Of a stretch of DNA of 32,000 nucleotides, positions 8,099-16,543 are shown one piece after another; position 1 is the first letter of the stretch; every line of letters begins with the position of its first letter. Position numbers and translations under genes: made by a program. The DNA is from Delftia acidovorans NBRC 14950. GTDB lineage: Bacteria; Pseudomonadota; Gammaproteobacteria; Burkholderiales; Burkholderiaceae_C. The stretch is taken from positions 1-32,000 of the forward strand of contig NZ_BCZP01000015.1 of the NCBI RefSeq assembly GCF_001598795.1, given 5' to 3'. The notes under the pieces are model-generated. The model did no database searches. It saw nothing but the letters and a program-made list of their open reading frames with translations, and was not told where the DNA came from.

Positions 8099-9076
8099 TC
8101 AGTCGAGCTTCAAACCGGCTGTTTGAACCACTTTTTGCCAGCGCTGGCGCTCGGTGGTCAGGAAGCGCGCGGTCTCGGCAGGGTTCATGGTCACGACCTC
8201 GGCGCCCTGGCCCGTGAGGCGGGCGCGCACCTCGGGCGAGCGGATGGCGGTGATCAGGGCCTCATGCAGGCGTTGGACCACGGCCTCGGGCGTCTTGGCC
8301 GGAACGACCACGCCTTGCCAGGTGCCGGTCTCGAAGCCGGGCACGCCCTGCTCGGCGATGGTGGGCACGTTGGCGGCCAGCGGCATGCGTGTGCCCTTGG
8401 ACAGGCCCAGCAGCTTGAGCTTGCCGCTTTGCACATGGGGGTAGGTGGCCAGCATGCCGTTCATCAGCACCTGGGTCTGGCCTGCCACCGTGTCCTGGAT
8501 GGACTGCACGCCGCCCTTGTAGGGCACGTATTCCCAGCGGGCGCCCGTGGCGCGCGCCAGTTCCACGCCGGCCAGGTGCGGGGCGCTGCCCGTGGCGGTG
8601 ACGGCAAAGCTCAGGTCTTCCTTCTTGGACAGGGCCACCAGCTCCTGCAGGTTGTTGGCCGGCACCGAGGGGTGGACCACCAGCAGATGGGGCGAGTAGG
8701 CCAGCATGGCCGTGCCGCGCAGGTCCCGGGACAGGTCGAAGGACAGCTTGGTGTAGAGCGAGGGCGAGATGGCCAGCGCACCCAGGTCGCACAGCATCAG
8801 CGTGTGGCCGTCGGGCTGGGCCTTGGCCACCATGTCGGCGCCCAGGTTGCCGTTGGCGCCGGGCTTGTTCTCGATGACCACGGGCTGCTTGAGTTCTGCC
8901 GACAGCAGCGGGCCGATGGCGCGCGCAATGATGTCCGAGCTGCCACCGGGCGGGTAGGGCACCACCAGGCGCAGCGGGCGCGTGGGCCAGTTGCTCTGGG
9001 CCAGCGCACCGGCGCCGGTGGCCACGAGGGCGGTGGCGCCAGCGGCGCGCAGGAACTGCTTTCGGCTCAGGGTCAT
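8099..9076 (-). CDS. Bug-family (TctC-like) periplasmic solute receptor
   Basis: 325 aa with a Tat-like leader ([23 protein letters not shown]) and Bug core [28 protein letters not shown] upstream. Confidence 0.9.
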   Translation of the reverse strand: MTLSRKQFLRAAGATALVATGAGALAQSNWPTRPLRLVVPYPPGGSSDIIARAIGPLLSAELKQPVVIENKPGANGNLGADMVAKAQPDGHTLMLCDLGALAISPSLYTKLSFDLSRDLRGTAMLAYSPHLLVVHPSVPANNLQELVALSKKEDLSFAVTATGSAPHLAGVELARATGARWEYVPYKGGVQSIQDTVAGQTQVLMNGMLATYPHVQSGKLKLLGLSKGTRMPLAANVPTIAEQGVPGFETGTWQGVVVPAKTPEAVVQRLHEALITAIRSPEVRARLTGQGAEVVTMNPAETARFLTTERQRWQKVVQTAGLKLD

Positions 9077-9102
9077 GCTCTTGTCTCCAGGTTTTATGTT
9101 GT

Positions 9103-9119
9103 CAGTTGTCGTACAACTG
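9103..9119. promoter_or_regulatory. 17-bp palindrome CAGTTGTCGTACAACTG, candidate GntR/FadR-family operator upstream of the tctC-kdgD operon
   Basis: Perfect dyad with the GntR-family GT-N3-AC core (TTGT-CGT-ACAA). It lies 27 nt upstream of the tctC start at 9076. The same core recurs at 10025-10037. Confidence 0.5.
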
Positions 9120-9224
9120 AAGTCGATTTTTAACCGAGATCTGCAAGCAGTGATAAAGGGTTTTCCCTTGGTTGTCTGAATTCCCGTGGCAAAGCCATTG
9201 GCCCCGAAAGGCCCATGGGAGCAC

Positions 9225-10013
9225 TCAGGTGGCGCTGGTCTTTTGCGCCAGGCGCAGGCGCTCGCGGCTGTTGGTCAGGTGGATGCGCATGGCCGCGCGG
9301 GCCGAGTCGGCGTCCTGGCGCTCGATGGCGGCGAGGATTTCCTCATGCTCGCGGTTGACGCGGCGCAGGTAGTCGGGGTCGCGCTGGGGCTGGTGGATGG
9401 AGGCGATGCGCGTGCGTGGAATCAGCTGCGCGCCGAAGTGGCGCAGGATGTCGCCGAAGTAGCGGTTGCCCGTGGCCTCGGCGATCTGGGTGTGGAAGGC
9501 CAGGTCATGGGCCACCGTGTCCTCGCCGCGCGCAAAGGCGATCTCGAAGGCCTGCAGCGCCATGCGTATGCCCTGCAGCTGCTCGGGGCTGCGGCGCAGC
9601 GCGGCCAGGCCGGCGCTTTCGGTCTCCAGGCTGATGCGCAGCTCCAGCACGGCCATCACGTCCACGGCGGCCGTCAGCTCGTCGGCATTGAGCATCAGCG
9701 TGGATGCGGGCTGGGCGGCGCGCACGAAGGTGCCTATGCCGTGGCGCGTCTCCACCAGGCCCGAGGCCTGCAGGCGCGACAGCGCCTCGCGCACCACGGT
9801 GCGGCTGACTTCGTAGGTCTGCACCAGCGACGACTCCGTGGGCAGCTTCTCGCCTTCGGCCAGCAGGCCGTTGCGGATCTTGCTCGCGAACTCGTCGAAC
9901 AGCAGGGCGGCCAGATTGCGGCCGCTGCGACCGGACTTTCCTCGCAGGGGAAGCTCGATCGTTGGGGGTGATGCGGGAAATCCCTTTGCCGAACTTTCCA
10001 TGGTGCTGATCAT
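9225..10013 (-). CDS. GntR/FadR-family transcriptional regulator (wHTH plus FCD domain)
   Basis: 262 aa with KLPTESSLVQTYEVSRTVVREALSRLQASGLVETRHGIGTFV and a helical FCD-type C-domain. GGAG lies 5 nt upstream of the ATG at 10013. Confidence 0.9.
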   Translation of the reverse strand: MISTMESSAKGFPASPPTIELPLRGKSGRSGRNLAALLFDEFASKIRNGLLAEGEKLPTESSLVQTYEVSRTVVREALSRLQASGLVETRHGIGTFVRAAQPASTLMLNADELTAAVDVMAVLELRISLETESAGLAALRRSPEQLQGIRMALQAFEIAFARGEDTVAHDLAFHTQIAEATGNRYFGDILRHFGAQLIPRTRIASIHQPQRDPDYLRRVNREHEEILAAIERQDADSARAAMRIHLTNSRERLRLAQKTSAT

Positions 10014-10024
10014 AATCGCTCCAA

Positions 10025-10037
10025 GTTGTACGACAAC
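10025..10037. promoter_or_regulatory. 13-bp palindrome GTTGTACGACAAC, second copy of the candidate GntR operator
   Basis: Located in the 82-bp divergent region between gntR (start 10013) and the gudD paralog (start 10096). Its reverse complement shares GTTGTCGTACAACT with the site at 9103-9119. Confidence 0.5.
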
Positions 10038-10095
10038 GTATCACAAGACGTCCGCGCCATCGAGTTTTTCTGATCCTCCTGAACCCGCATTCCAG

Positions 10096-11412
10096 ATGAG
10101 CACCACCCACGCGACCCACGCGATCCGCCACATACGCATCACGCCCATTGCCTTCCGCGATCCGCCGCTGCTCAATGCGGCCGGCATCCACGAACCCTGG
10201 GCGCTGCGTTCCATCATCGAGATCGAGACGGCCTCGGGCCTGGTCGGCATCAACGAAAGCTATGGCGACCAGCCCATGCTCGATGCGCTGGCCAAGGCCG
10301 CGCCCGCTCTGGTGGGGCTGTCGCCCTGGGCGCTCAACGAGATGGAGGTCCGCGTCGCGGCCCTGGTGGCGCCGCCTGCGCTGACGGCGTCCGAATTCCT
10401 GGGCCAGCAGGTGTCGCTGGCGCCGGGCACGCATGTGTCCAAGACGGTGGCCAAGGTGGTCAGCGCCTTCGAGGTCGCCATGCTGGACCTGCAGGGCCAG
10501 ATGGCGGGTGCCCCCATCGTGGACCTGCTGGGCGCCGCCGCGCGCGACAGCGTGCCGTTCTCGGCCTACCTGTTCTACAAGTACGCCGAGCACATCGACA
10601 GGCCCTATGGACCAGATTCTTCGCCCGACGCCTGGGGCGAGGCCCTGGCGCCGCAGCAGCTGGTGGAGCAGGCGCGGCGCATGATTGCGCAGTACGGTTT
10701 CCAGAGCATCAAGCTCAAGGCCGGCGCGCTGCCGCCCGAGCAGGAGGCGGCCGGCATCCTGGCGCTGGCCGATGCCTTTCCGGGCACGCCGCTGCGTATC
10801 GATCCCAATGGCAACTGGACGGTGGAGACCAGCCTGAAGATCGTGCAGCAGCTGCAGGGCGTGCTCGAGTACTACGAGGACCCGGCGCCCGGCCTGGACG
10901 GCATGGCCGCCGTGGCACGCGAGTGCGATGTGCCGCTGGCCACCAACATGGTGGTGACGGACTTTGCCGAGTTCCGCCGCAACGCCGACATGGGCTGCCC
11001 CGTGAAGATCGTGCTCAGCGACCACCACTACTGGGGCGGGCTGCGCGCCACGCAGCGCCTGTCCACGCTGTGCCGCACCTTCGACCTGGGCCTGTCCATG
11101 CACAGCAACTCGCACCTGGGCGTGAGCCTGGTGGCCATGACGCACCTGTGCGCCAGCGTGCCCCTGCTGACCTATGCCTGCGACACGCACTACCCCTGGC
11201 AGGACGAGGAAGTCGTCGAGGGCGGCCGGCTGCAGTTCGAGCAGGGCAGCCTGCGCGTGCCCACGGCGCCCGGCCTGGGTGTGCGGCTGGACCGCGAGGC
11301 CCTGGCACGCCTGCATGACAACTACCTGCACTGCGGCATTCGCAACCGCGACGACCTGGGGCAGATGCGCAAGTACGACCCCGCGTTCACCGGCCACCAG
11401 CCGCGCTTCTGA
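10096..11412 (+). CDS. enolase-superfamily acid-sugar dehydratase, divergent member of the glucarate dehydratase subgroup (GudX/GlucD-related)
   Basis: 438 aa from MSTTHATHAIRHIRITPIAF. It shares the GudD catalytic landmarks (IKLKAG, DPNGNW, YYEDP, ATNM, HSNSH) but by eye is only distantly similar to the gudD at 3488-4825. The start has no obvious RBS and is uncertain. Confidence 0.85.
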   Translation: MSTTHATHAIRHIRITPIAFRDPPLLNAAGIHEPWALRSIIEIETASGLVGINESYGDQPMLDALAKAAPALVGLSPWALNEMEVRVAALVAPPALTASEFLGQQVSLAPGTHVSKTVAKVVSAFEVAMLDLQGQMAGAPIVDLLGAAARDSVPFSAYLFYKYAEHIDRPYGPDSSPDAWGEALAPQQLVEQARRMIAQYGFQSIKLKAGALPPEQEAAGILALADAFPGTPLRIDPNGNWTVETSLKIVQQLQGVLEYYEDPAPGLDGMAAVARECDVPLATNMVVTDFAEFRRNADMGCPVKIVLSDHHYWGGLRATQRLSTLCRTFDLGLSMHSNSHLGVSLVAMTHLCASVPLLTYACDTHYPWQDEEVVEGGRLQFEQGSLRVPTAPGLGVRLDREALARLHDNYLHCGIRNRDDLGQMRKYDPAFTGHQPRF

Positions 11413-11462
11413 ACCCGCTTTCACACCATTCCAACGACAAGCCCTTCCCGGAGACAAGCACC

Positions 11463-12461
11463 ATGCAACGCCGCACACTCATCCAACATTCCCTCGCCAG
11501 CGCCCTGCTGCTGGGCACGGCCCTGACCGCCATGCCCGCCGCCGCGCAGGGCAACTGGCCCACGGGCAAGCCCATCACCTACCTGGTGCCGTTCCCGCCT
11601 GGCGGCAATACCGATACGCTGGCGCGCGTGATCGCCCAGCCGCTGAGTAAGGCCCTGGGCACGCCCGTGGTGATCGAGAACAAGGGCGGCGCGGGCGGCA
11701 GCGTGGGCTCGGCCATTGCGGCGCGCGCACCGGCCGATGGCTACACCATCCTGGGCGGCACCATCAGCTCGCACGCCATCAATGTGAGCCTGTACGCCAA
11801 GCTGGACTACGACCCGGTCAAGTCCTTCACGCCGGTCGCCATGCTGGGCTCGGGCCCGCTGGTGCTGGTGGTGCCGGCCTCCAGCCCCTACAAGACGCTG
11901 GCCGACGTGCTGGCCGCCAGCAAGGCCAAGGCGGCGGCGGGCGGCCTGACCTCGGCTTCGCCGGGCAGCGGCACCTCCAACCACATGGCGCTGGAGCTGC
12001 TGGGCTACCAGACGGGCGTGAAGTTCACCCACGTGCCCTACAAGGGCAGCGGCCCGGCCGTGCAGGACGTGATCGGCGGCCAGGTGGACATGATGTTCGA
12101 CACCGCCCTGGTCGTCGGCCCCCATGTGCAGGCCGGCAAGCTGCGCCCCATTGCCGTGACCAGCTCGCGGCGCCTGGAGTCCCTGCCCGATGTGCCCACC
12201 ATCGCCGAGGCGGGCGAGAAGGGCTTCGACATGGGCTCCTGGCAGGCCGTGTTCGCGCCCGCAGGCACGCCGGGGCCCATCGTGGAGCGGCTGCATGCGG
12301 AGATCATGAAGATCGTCGCCACGCCCGAGGTGCAGGCGCGCCTGAAGAACTTCGGCATGCTGCCTTCGCAGATGACGCCGGCCGAGCTGGGCGAGTTCCA
12401 GAAGGCCGAAGTGGTCAAGTGGGGGAAGGTGATCAAGGCTGCTGGAATAAAGGTGGAATGA
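11463..12461 (+). CDS. Bug-family (TctC-like) periplasmic solute receptor
   Basis: 332 aa with signal peptide ...ALTAMPAAAQ and core PFPPGGNTD, YKGSGP. GGAGACAAGCACC RBS upstream. Confidence 0.9.
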   Translation: MQRRTLIQHSLASALLLGTALTAMPAAAQGNWPTGKPITYLVPFPPGGNTDTLARVIAQPLSKALGTPVVIENKGGAGGSVGSAIAARAPADGYTILGGTISSHAINVSLYAKLDYDPVKSFTPVAMLGSGPLVLVVPASSPYKTLADVLAASKAKAAAGGLTSASPGSGTSNHMALELLGYQTGVKFTHVPYKGSGPAVQDVIGGQVDMMFDTALVVGPHVQAGKLRPIAVTSSRRLESLPDVPTIAEAGEKGFDMGSWQAVFAPAGTPGPIVERLHAEIMKIVATPEVQARLKNFGMLPSQMTPAELGEFQKAEVVKWGKVIKAAGIKVE

Positions 12462-12555
12462 CCCCCTGAGGCGCTTCGCGCCTTCCCCCTTCTCGCTTCG
12501 CGGAGGGGGACAACGCCTTCGCCGCGAGGCGGCTCTTGCTCGGCGTTCCTGAGTG
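12462..12555 (+). repeat. REP-like structured intergenic repeat, copy B
   Basis: Starts immediately after the tctC stop at 12461. It aligns with copies A (reverse complement) and C. Confidence 0.8.
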
Positions 12556-12621
12556 GGGACGTGACGGTTGCGAGGGCTGCACTCCGATTGCGACAGGCCC
12601 CTAGAAAATTGAGACATTGCC

Positions 12622-14187
12622 ATGAGTACCCCACTTCCTCTTTCCATCCGCATGCATCCGGCCGACAACGTGGCCATCGTGGCCAATGACGGGGGGTTGC
12701 CTGCGGGCACGGTGATGCCCGGGGGCCTGGTGCTGGTCGACAAGGTGCCGCAGGCGCACAAGGTGGCGCTGGTGGACATTGCCGAGGGCGGCGAGGTGCG
12801 CCGCTACAACGTGGTGATCGGCTATGCGTTGCAGGCCATTGCCGCGGGCAGCTGGGTGCATGAGCGGCTGCTGCGCATGCCGGGGGCGCTGTCTCTTGAG
12901 GGGTTGCCCATCGCCACGGTGCAGCCGCCCGAGCTGCCGCCGCTGACGGGCTACACCTTCGAGGGCTACCGCAATGCCGATGGCACGGTGGGCACGCGCA
13001 ACATCCTGGCCATCACCACAACGGTGCAGTGCGTGGCCGGGGTGCTGGATTTCGCGGTGGGCCGCATCAAGGCCGAGCTGCTGCCGCGCTATCCGAATGT
13101 GGACGATGTGGTGGGCCTGGAGCACAGCTATGGCTGCGGCGTGGCCATCGATGCCGTGGGCGCCGAGATTCCGCAGCGCACGCTGCGCAACATCAGCCAC
13201 AACCCGAATTTTGGCGGCGAGGTGATGGTGGTGAGCCTGGGCTGCGAGAAGCTGCAGCCCGAGCGGCTGCTGCCGCCGGGGTCCTTCCCCATCGTCGATG
13301 AGCGCGAGCCCGCGCTGGACGTGGTCTGCCTGCAGGACGAGGCGCATGTGGGCTTCATGTCCATGGTGGACTCCATCATGGGCAGCGCCAGGGTGCATCT
13401 GGAGCGGCTGAACGCGCGCCGGCGCGAGACCGTGCCGGCCAGCGCCCTGGTGGTGGGCGTGCAGTGCGGCGGCAGCGATGCGTTCAGCGGCGTCACGGCC
13501 AATCCGGCCGTGGGCTTTTGCACCGATTTGCTGGTGCGCGCAGGCGCCACCGTGATGTTCAGCGAGGTGACCGAGGTGCGCGACGGCATCGACCAGCTCA
13601 CCTCGCGCGCCTCCAGCCCCGAGGTGGCCCAGGCCATGATCGAGGAGATGGCCTGGTACGACGCCTACCTGGACAAGGGCCGCGTGGACCGCAGCGCCAA
13701 CACCACGCCGGGCAACAAGAAGGGCGGCCTGTCCAACATCGTCGAGAAGGCCATGGGCTCCATCATCAAGAGCGGCACGGCGCCCATCACCGGCGTGCTG
13801 TCGCCGGGCCAGCGGCTGGCCGACCGGGGCATCCAAAGCGGCCTGGTCTATGCGGCCACGCCGGCCAGCGACTTCATCTGCGGCACGCTGCAGCTGGCCG
13901 CCGGCATGAACCTGCATGTGTTCACCACGGGCCGGGGTACGCCCTACGGCCTGGCCCAGGTGCCCGTGATCAAGGTGGCCACGCGCAGCGACCTGGCGCG
14001 GCGCTGGCATGACCTGATGGACGTGAACGCGGGCCGCATCGCCGAAGGCCAGGCCAGCATCGAGGACGTGGGCTGGGAGATGTTCCGCCTGATGCTGGAC
14101 GTGGCCAGCGGCCGCAAGAAGACCTGGGCGGAGCAGTGGAAGCTGCACAACGCCCTGGTGCTGTTCAATCCAGCGCCCGTGACCTGA
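12622..14187 (+). CDS. garD: galactarate dehydratase (UxaA/GarD family: SAF domain plus GD_AH C-domain)
   Basis: 521 aa with N-terminal SAF-like HPADNVAIV...VPQAHKVAL and a conserved C-domain ([20 protein letters not shown]). Confidence 0.92.
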   Translation: MSTPLPLSIRMHPADNVAIVANDGGLPAGTVMPGGLVLVDKVPQAHKVALVDIAEGGEVRRYNVVIGYALQAIAAGSWVHERLLRMPGALSLEGLPIATVQPPELPPLTGYTFEGYRNADGTVGTRNILAITTTVQCVAGVLDFAVGRIKAELLPRYPNVDDVVGLEHSYGCGVAIDAVGAEIPQRTLRNISHNPNFGGEVMVVSLGCEKLQPERLLPPGSFPIVDEREPALDVVCLQDEAHVGFMSMVDSIMGSARVHLERLNARRRETVPASALVVGVQCGGSDAFSGVTANPAVGFCTDLLVRAGATVMFSEVTEVRDGIDQLTSRASSPEVAQAMIEEMAWYDAYLDKGRVDRSANTTPGNKKGGLSNIVEKAMGSIIKSGTAPITGVLSPGQRLADRGIQSGLVYAATPASDFICGTLQLAAGMNLHVFTTGRGTPYGLAQVPVIKVATRSDLARRWHDLMDVNAGRIAEGQASIEDVGWEMFRLMLDVASGRKKTWAEQWKLHNALVLFNPAPVT

Positions 14188-14248
14188 GCCGCGCGCACAG
14201 GCCCCTGTCGGCACAGGCTGACAGGGCGCTGGTGCGCCGCTGAGCACA

Positions 14249-15244
14249 ATGGGGGCCATGCCCTCAGATACCCCGGAAACTCCCCCCGCCTCGTCCTGGT
14301 CCGCACGCCTGCAGCGCCTGATGGAGCTGAACCCGCTGCGCGCCATGTGGAATGCCGTGCAGCTGTGGCTGGACGCCGATGGCCTGCGCATGAGCGCGGC
14401 CATGTCCTTCTACGGCATCCTGAGCCTGGCGCCGCTGCTGCTGCTGCTGGTAGGCCTGCTGGGCTGGTGGGTGGACCGCAGCTATGTGGAGCACCAGTTG
14501 ATCGACCAGGTGCAGGACGTGATCGGCGAGCGCGGTGCCCAGGTGGTGCGCGGCGCGCTGGAAAGCGCCCAGCGGCCCGACGAGGGGCGGCTGGCCTCGC
14601 TGTTCGGCTTCATCCTGCTGATGTCGGGCGCCACGGGTGTCTTCGTGGAGCTGCAGTCCGCGCTGGAAAAGCTCTGGACCTCGAACGGCGAGCCACCGCC
14701 GCCCAAGGCCGTGTGGTGGCGCATGGCTGCGCTGCGGCTGCGCGGCCTGACCTATGTGCTGGCGCTGGGCTTCTTGCTGCTGGTGTCCATGGCCCTGTCC
14801 ACGGCCATCCAGCTGATCACCAACTGGGCCGGCACCAAGCTGCAGATGCAGCCGCTGGGGCCGCTGATCAGCCTGATCAACGAATGCGTGTCCTTCGGCA
14901 TTGCCGTGCTGCTCTTCGTGGGGCTGATGCGCATCGGCAGCGGCCCCAAGCCCCGGCTGCGCTATCTCATCTTCGGCGCCATCGTCGGCGCCCTGCTGTT
15001 CACGCTGGGCAAGCAGGCCCTGGCCTGGTATCTGTCCACGGCGGCCGTGGTCTCGGCCTATGGCGCGGCGGGTTCGCTGGTGGTGCTGTTGATGTGGATC
15101 TATTTCTCGTCGGCCATCCTGCTGCTGTCGGCCGCCACGGCCAAGGCTTTCAGCGACGCCGAGGTGCGCTTCACCCACCCCATCCGCTGGGCGCCGCCCG
15201 CCGGTCCAGCGCAGGCCAGGGACACTTCGGACGGCAAGGGCTGA
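14249..15244 (+). CDS. YihY/virulence-factor-BrkB family inner-membrane protein
   Basis: 331 aa with about six hydrophobic segments and the family-typical MSAAMSFYGILSLAPLLLLL...VSAYGAAGSLVVLLMWIYFSS. The start could be 14249 or 14258. Confidence 0.85.
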   Translation: MGAMPSDTPETPPASSWSARLQRLMELNPLRAMWNAVQLWLDADGLRMSAAMSFYGILSLAPLLLLLVGLLGWWVDRSYVEHQLIDQVQDVIGERGAQVVRGALESAQRPDEGRLASLFGFILLMSGATGVFVELQSALEKLWTSNGEPPPPKAVWWRMAALRLRGLTYVLALGFLLLVSMALSTAIQLITNWAGTKLQMQPLGPLISLINECVSFGIAVLLFVGLMRIGSGPKPRLRYLIFGAIVGALLFTLGKQALAWYLSTAAVVSAYGAAGSLVVLLMWIYFSSAILLLSAATAKAFSDAEVRFTHPIRWAPPAGPAQARDTSDGKG

Positions 15245-15267
15245 GCGGCTGCATTTCGACGAAGATG

Positions 15268-15311
15268 AACGCCTGCGCCGCGGCCCGCAAAGCCGCGGCG
15301 CAGGGCGTTTG
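15268..15311 (+). terminator. rho-independent terminator after yihY
   Basis: ~17-bp GC stem AACGCCTGCGCCGCGGC / GCCGCGGCGCAGGGCGTT with one bulge and loop CCGCAAA, followed by TTT. Confidence 0.7.
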
Positions 15312-15368
15312 GGAGTGGAACAATGCAGCGAAAGTCCCCGGGCACCGAGGCCCGGGGCCAAGGACAAC

Positions 15369-16307
15369 ATGGACCGATTGCAGACCATGCGGGTGTTTCA
15401 GACCGTGGCCGACGAGGCCGGGTTTTCGGCGGCGGCGCGTCGCCTGGACATGTCCGTGCCCACGGTCACGCGCCTGGTGGCCGACCTGGAGCAGCACCTG
15501 GGCACGCGGCTGCTGCAGCGCACCACGCGCAGCGTGTCGCTGACCGAGGCCGGCGAGGCCTATCTGGAGCGCGTGCGCGGCATCCTGGCCGATGTGGAGG
15601 ATGCCTTCAGCCTGGCGCAGGCGCACACGCTGGAGCTGTCGGGCGCCGTGCGCGTGCTCACGCCGCCCGTGTTTGCCGAGCATGTGCTGGCGCCGCTGGT
15701 GGCGGACTTCCACCGCCTGCACCCGCGCATCTGCATCGAGGTCTTCGTGGAGTCGGCCAGCGAGGCCGCCGTGGGCGAGTACGACATCACCTTCCTCAAC
15801 GCCGAGGAGGGCTATGACGGCAACGTGGTGGCGCGGCCCATCGTCACCACCTGCGGCCTGGCCTGCGCCTCGCCCGAGTACCTGGATGCCCATGGCGTGC
15901 CCGCCGTGCCCGAGGATCTGGCGGACCACCAGTGCCTGCTGCGCCGCCGCGCCCAGGGCCGCTCCGACGTGCTGCGCCTGCGCCGGCTCGATGGCAATGC
16001 GGGCGAGGCCGAGGTGGCCGTACAGCCCGTGCTGGTGGCCAACCACACCGGCACGCTGCTGCGTGCCACGCTGGACGGCGCGGGCATCAGCACCCAGCCG
16101 CTGGACCTGATCGCGCGCCACCTGCGTTCGGGCCGCCTGCGCCATGTGCTGCCCGAGTGGACCACGGGCCATTTCACGCTCTACGCCACCTTGCCCACGC
16201 GCAAGTTCATGCCGGCGCGCGTGCGCAGCTTCCTGGACTTCGTGGCCGAGCACACGCAGCGCTCCATGCAGGGCCTGCCCGCCAACTTGCCGGCCCTGTC
16301 CATCTGA
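15369..16307 (+). CDS. LysR-family transcriptional regulator
   Basis: 312 aa from MDRLQTMRVFQTVADEAGFSAAARRLDMSVPTVTRLVADLEQHLGTRLLQRTTR. Start chosen at ATG 15369. Confidence 0.9.
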   Translation: MDRLQTMRVFQTVADEAGFSAAARRLDMSVPTVTRLVADLEQHLGTRLLQRTTRSVSLTEAGEAYLERVRGILADVEDAFSLAQAHTLELSGAVRVLTPPVFAEHVLAPLVADFHRLHPRICIEVFVESASEAAVGEYDITFLNAEEGYDGNVVARPIVTTCGLACASPEYLDAHGVPAVPEDLADHQCLLRRRAQGRSDVLRLRRLDGNAGEAEVAVQPVLVANHTGTLLRATLDGAGISTQPLDLIARHLRSGRLRHVLPEWTTGHFTLYATLPTRKFMPARVRSFLDFVAEHTQRSMQGLPANLPALSI

Positions 16308-16543
16308 GCGCGGCTGTCATCTAGGTTACTGGCGGGGGCCTGAGGGTCTCGGGGTTTCCCAGGTGAATTCCGCTGTGCGGAATCTTCGGGTTGATCGTGG
16401 CGCCACCCCCCTCCTAAGCTGGCCTTGCCTGTCTGCCGCATGCGTTGTCGCGCCGCGCCGGCCGGCCATGCAAAGGAGACAAGACAATGCAAGCACAGAC
16501 CCTGGCCGGGCGCCGAGCCGCGCCTTTCCGCAGGAGGCGTTGA

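Noticed and set aside
9505-14403. Long minus-strand ORFs 9505-11478 (657 aa), 11421-12779 (452 aa) and 12601-14403 (600 aa)
   Set aside because: All are antisense to the gudD paralog, tctC and garD. None has a domain-like sequence, so I treat them as the same high-GC artefact. The same reasoning applies to 5859-7175 (+), 7961-9133 (+), 14264-15388 (-), 15171-16253 (-), 19987-21024 (-), 23273-24421 (+), 25167-26159 (+), 26223-27476 (-), 27220-29169 (+) and 31000-31944 (-).
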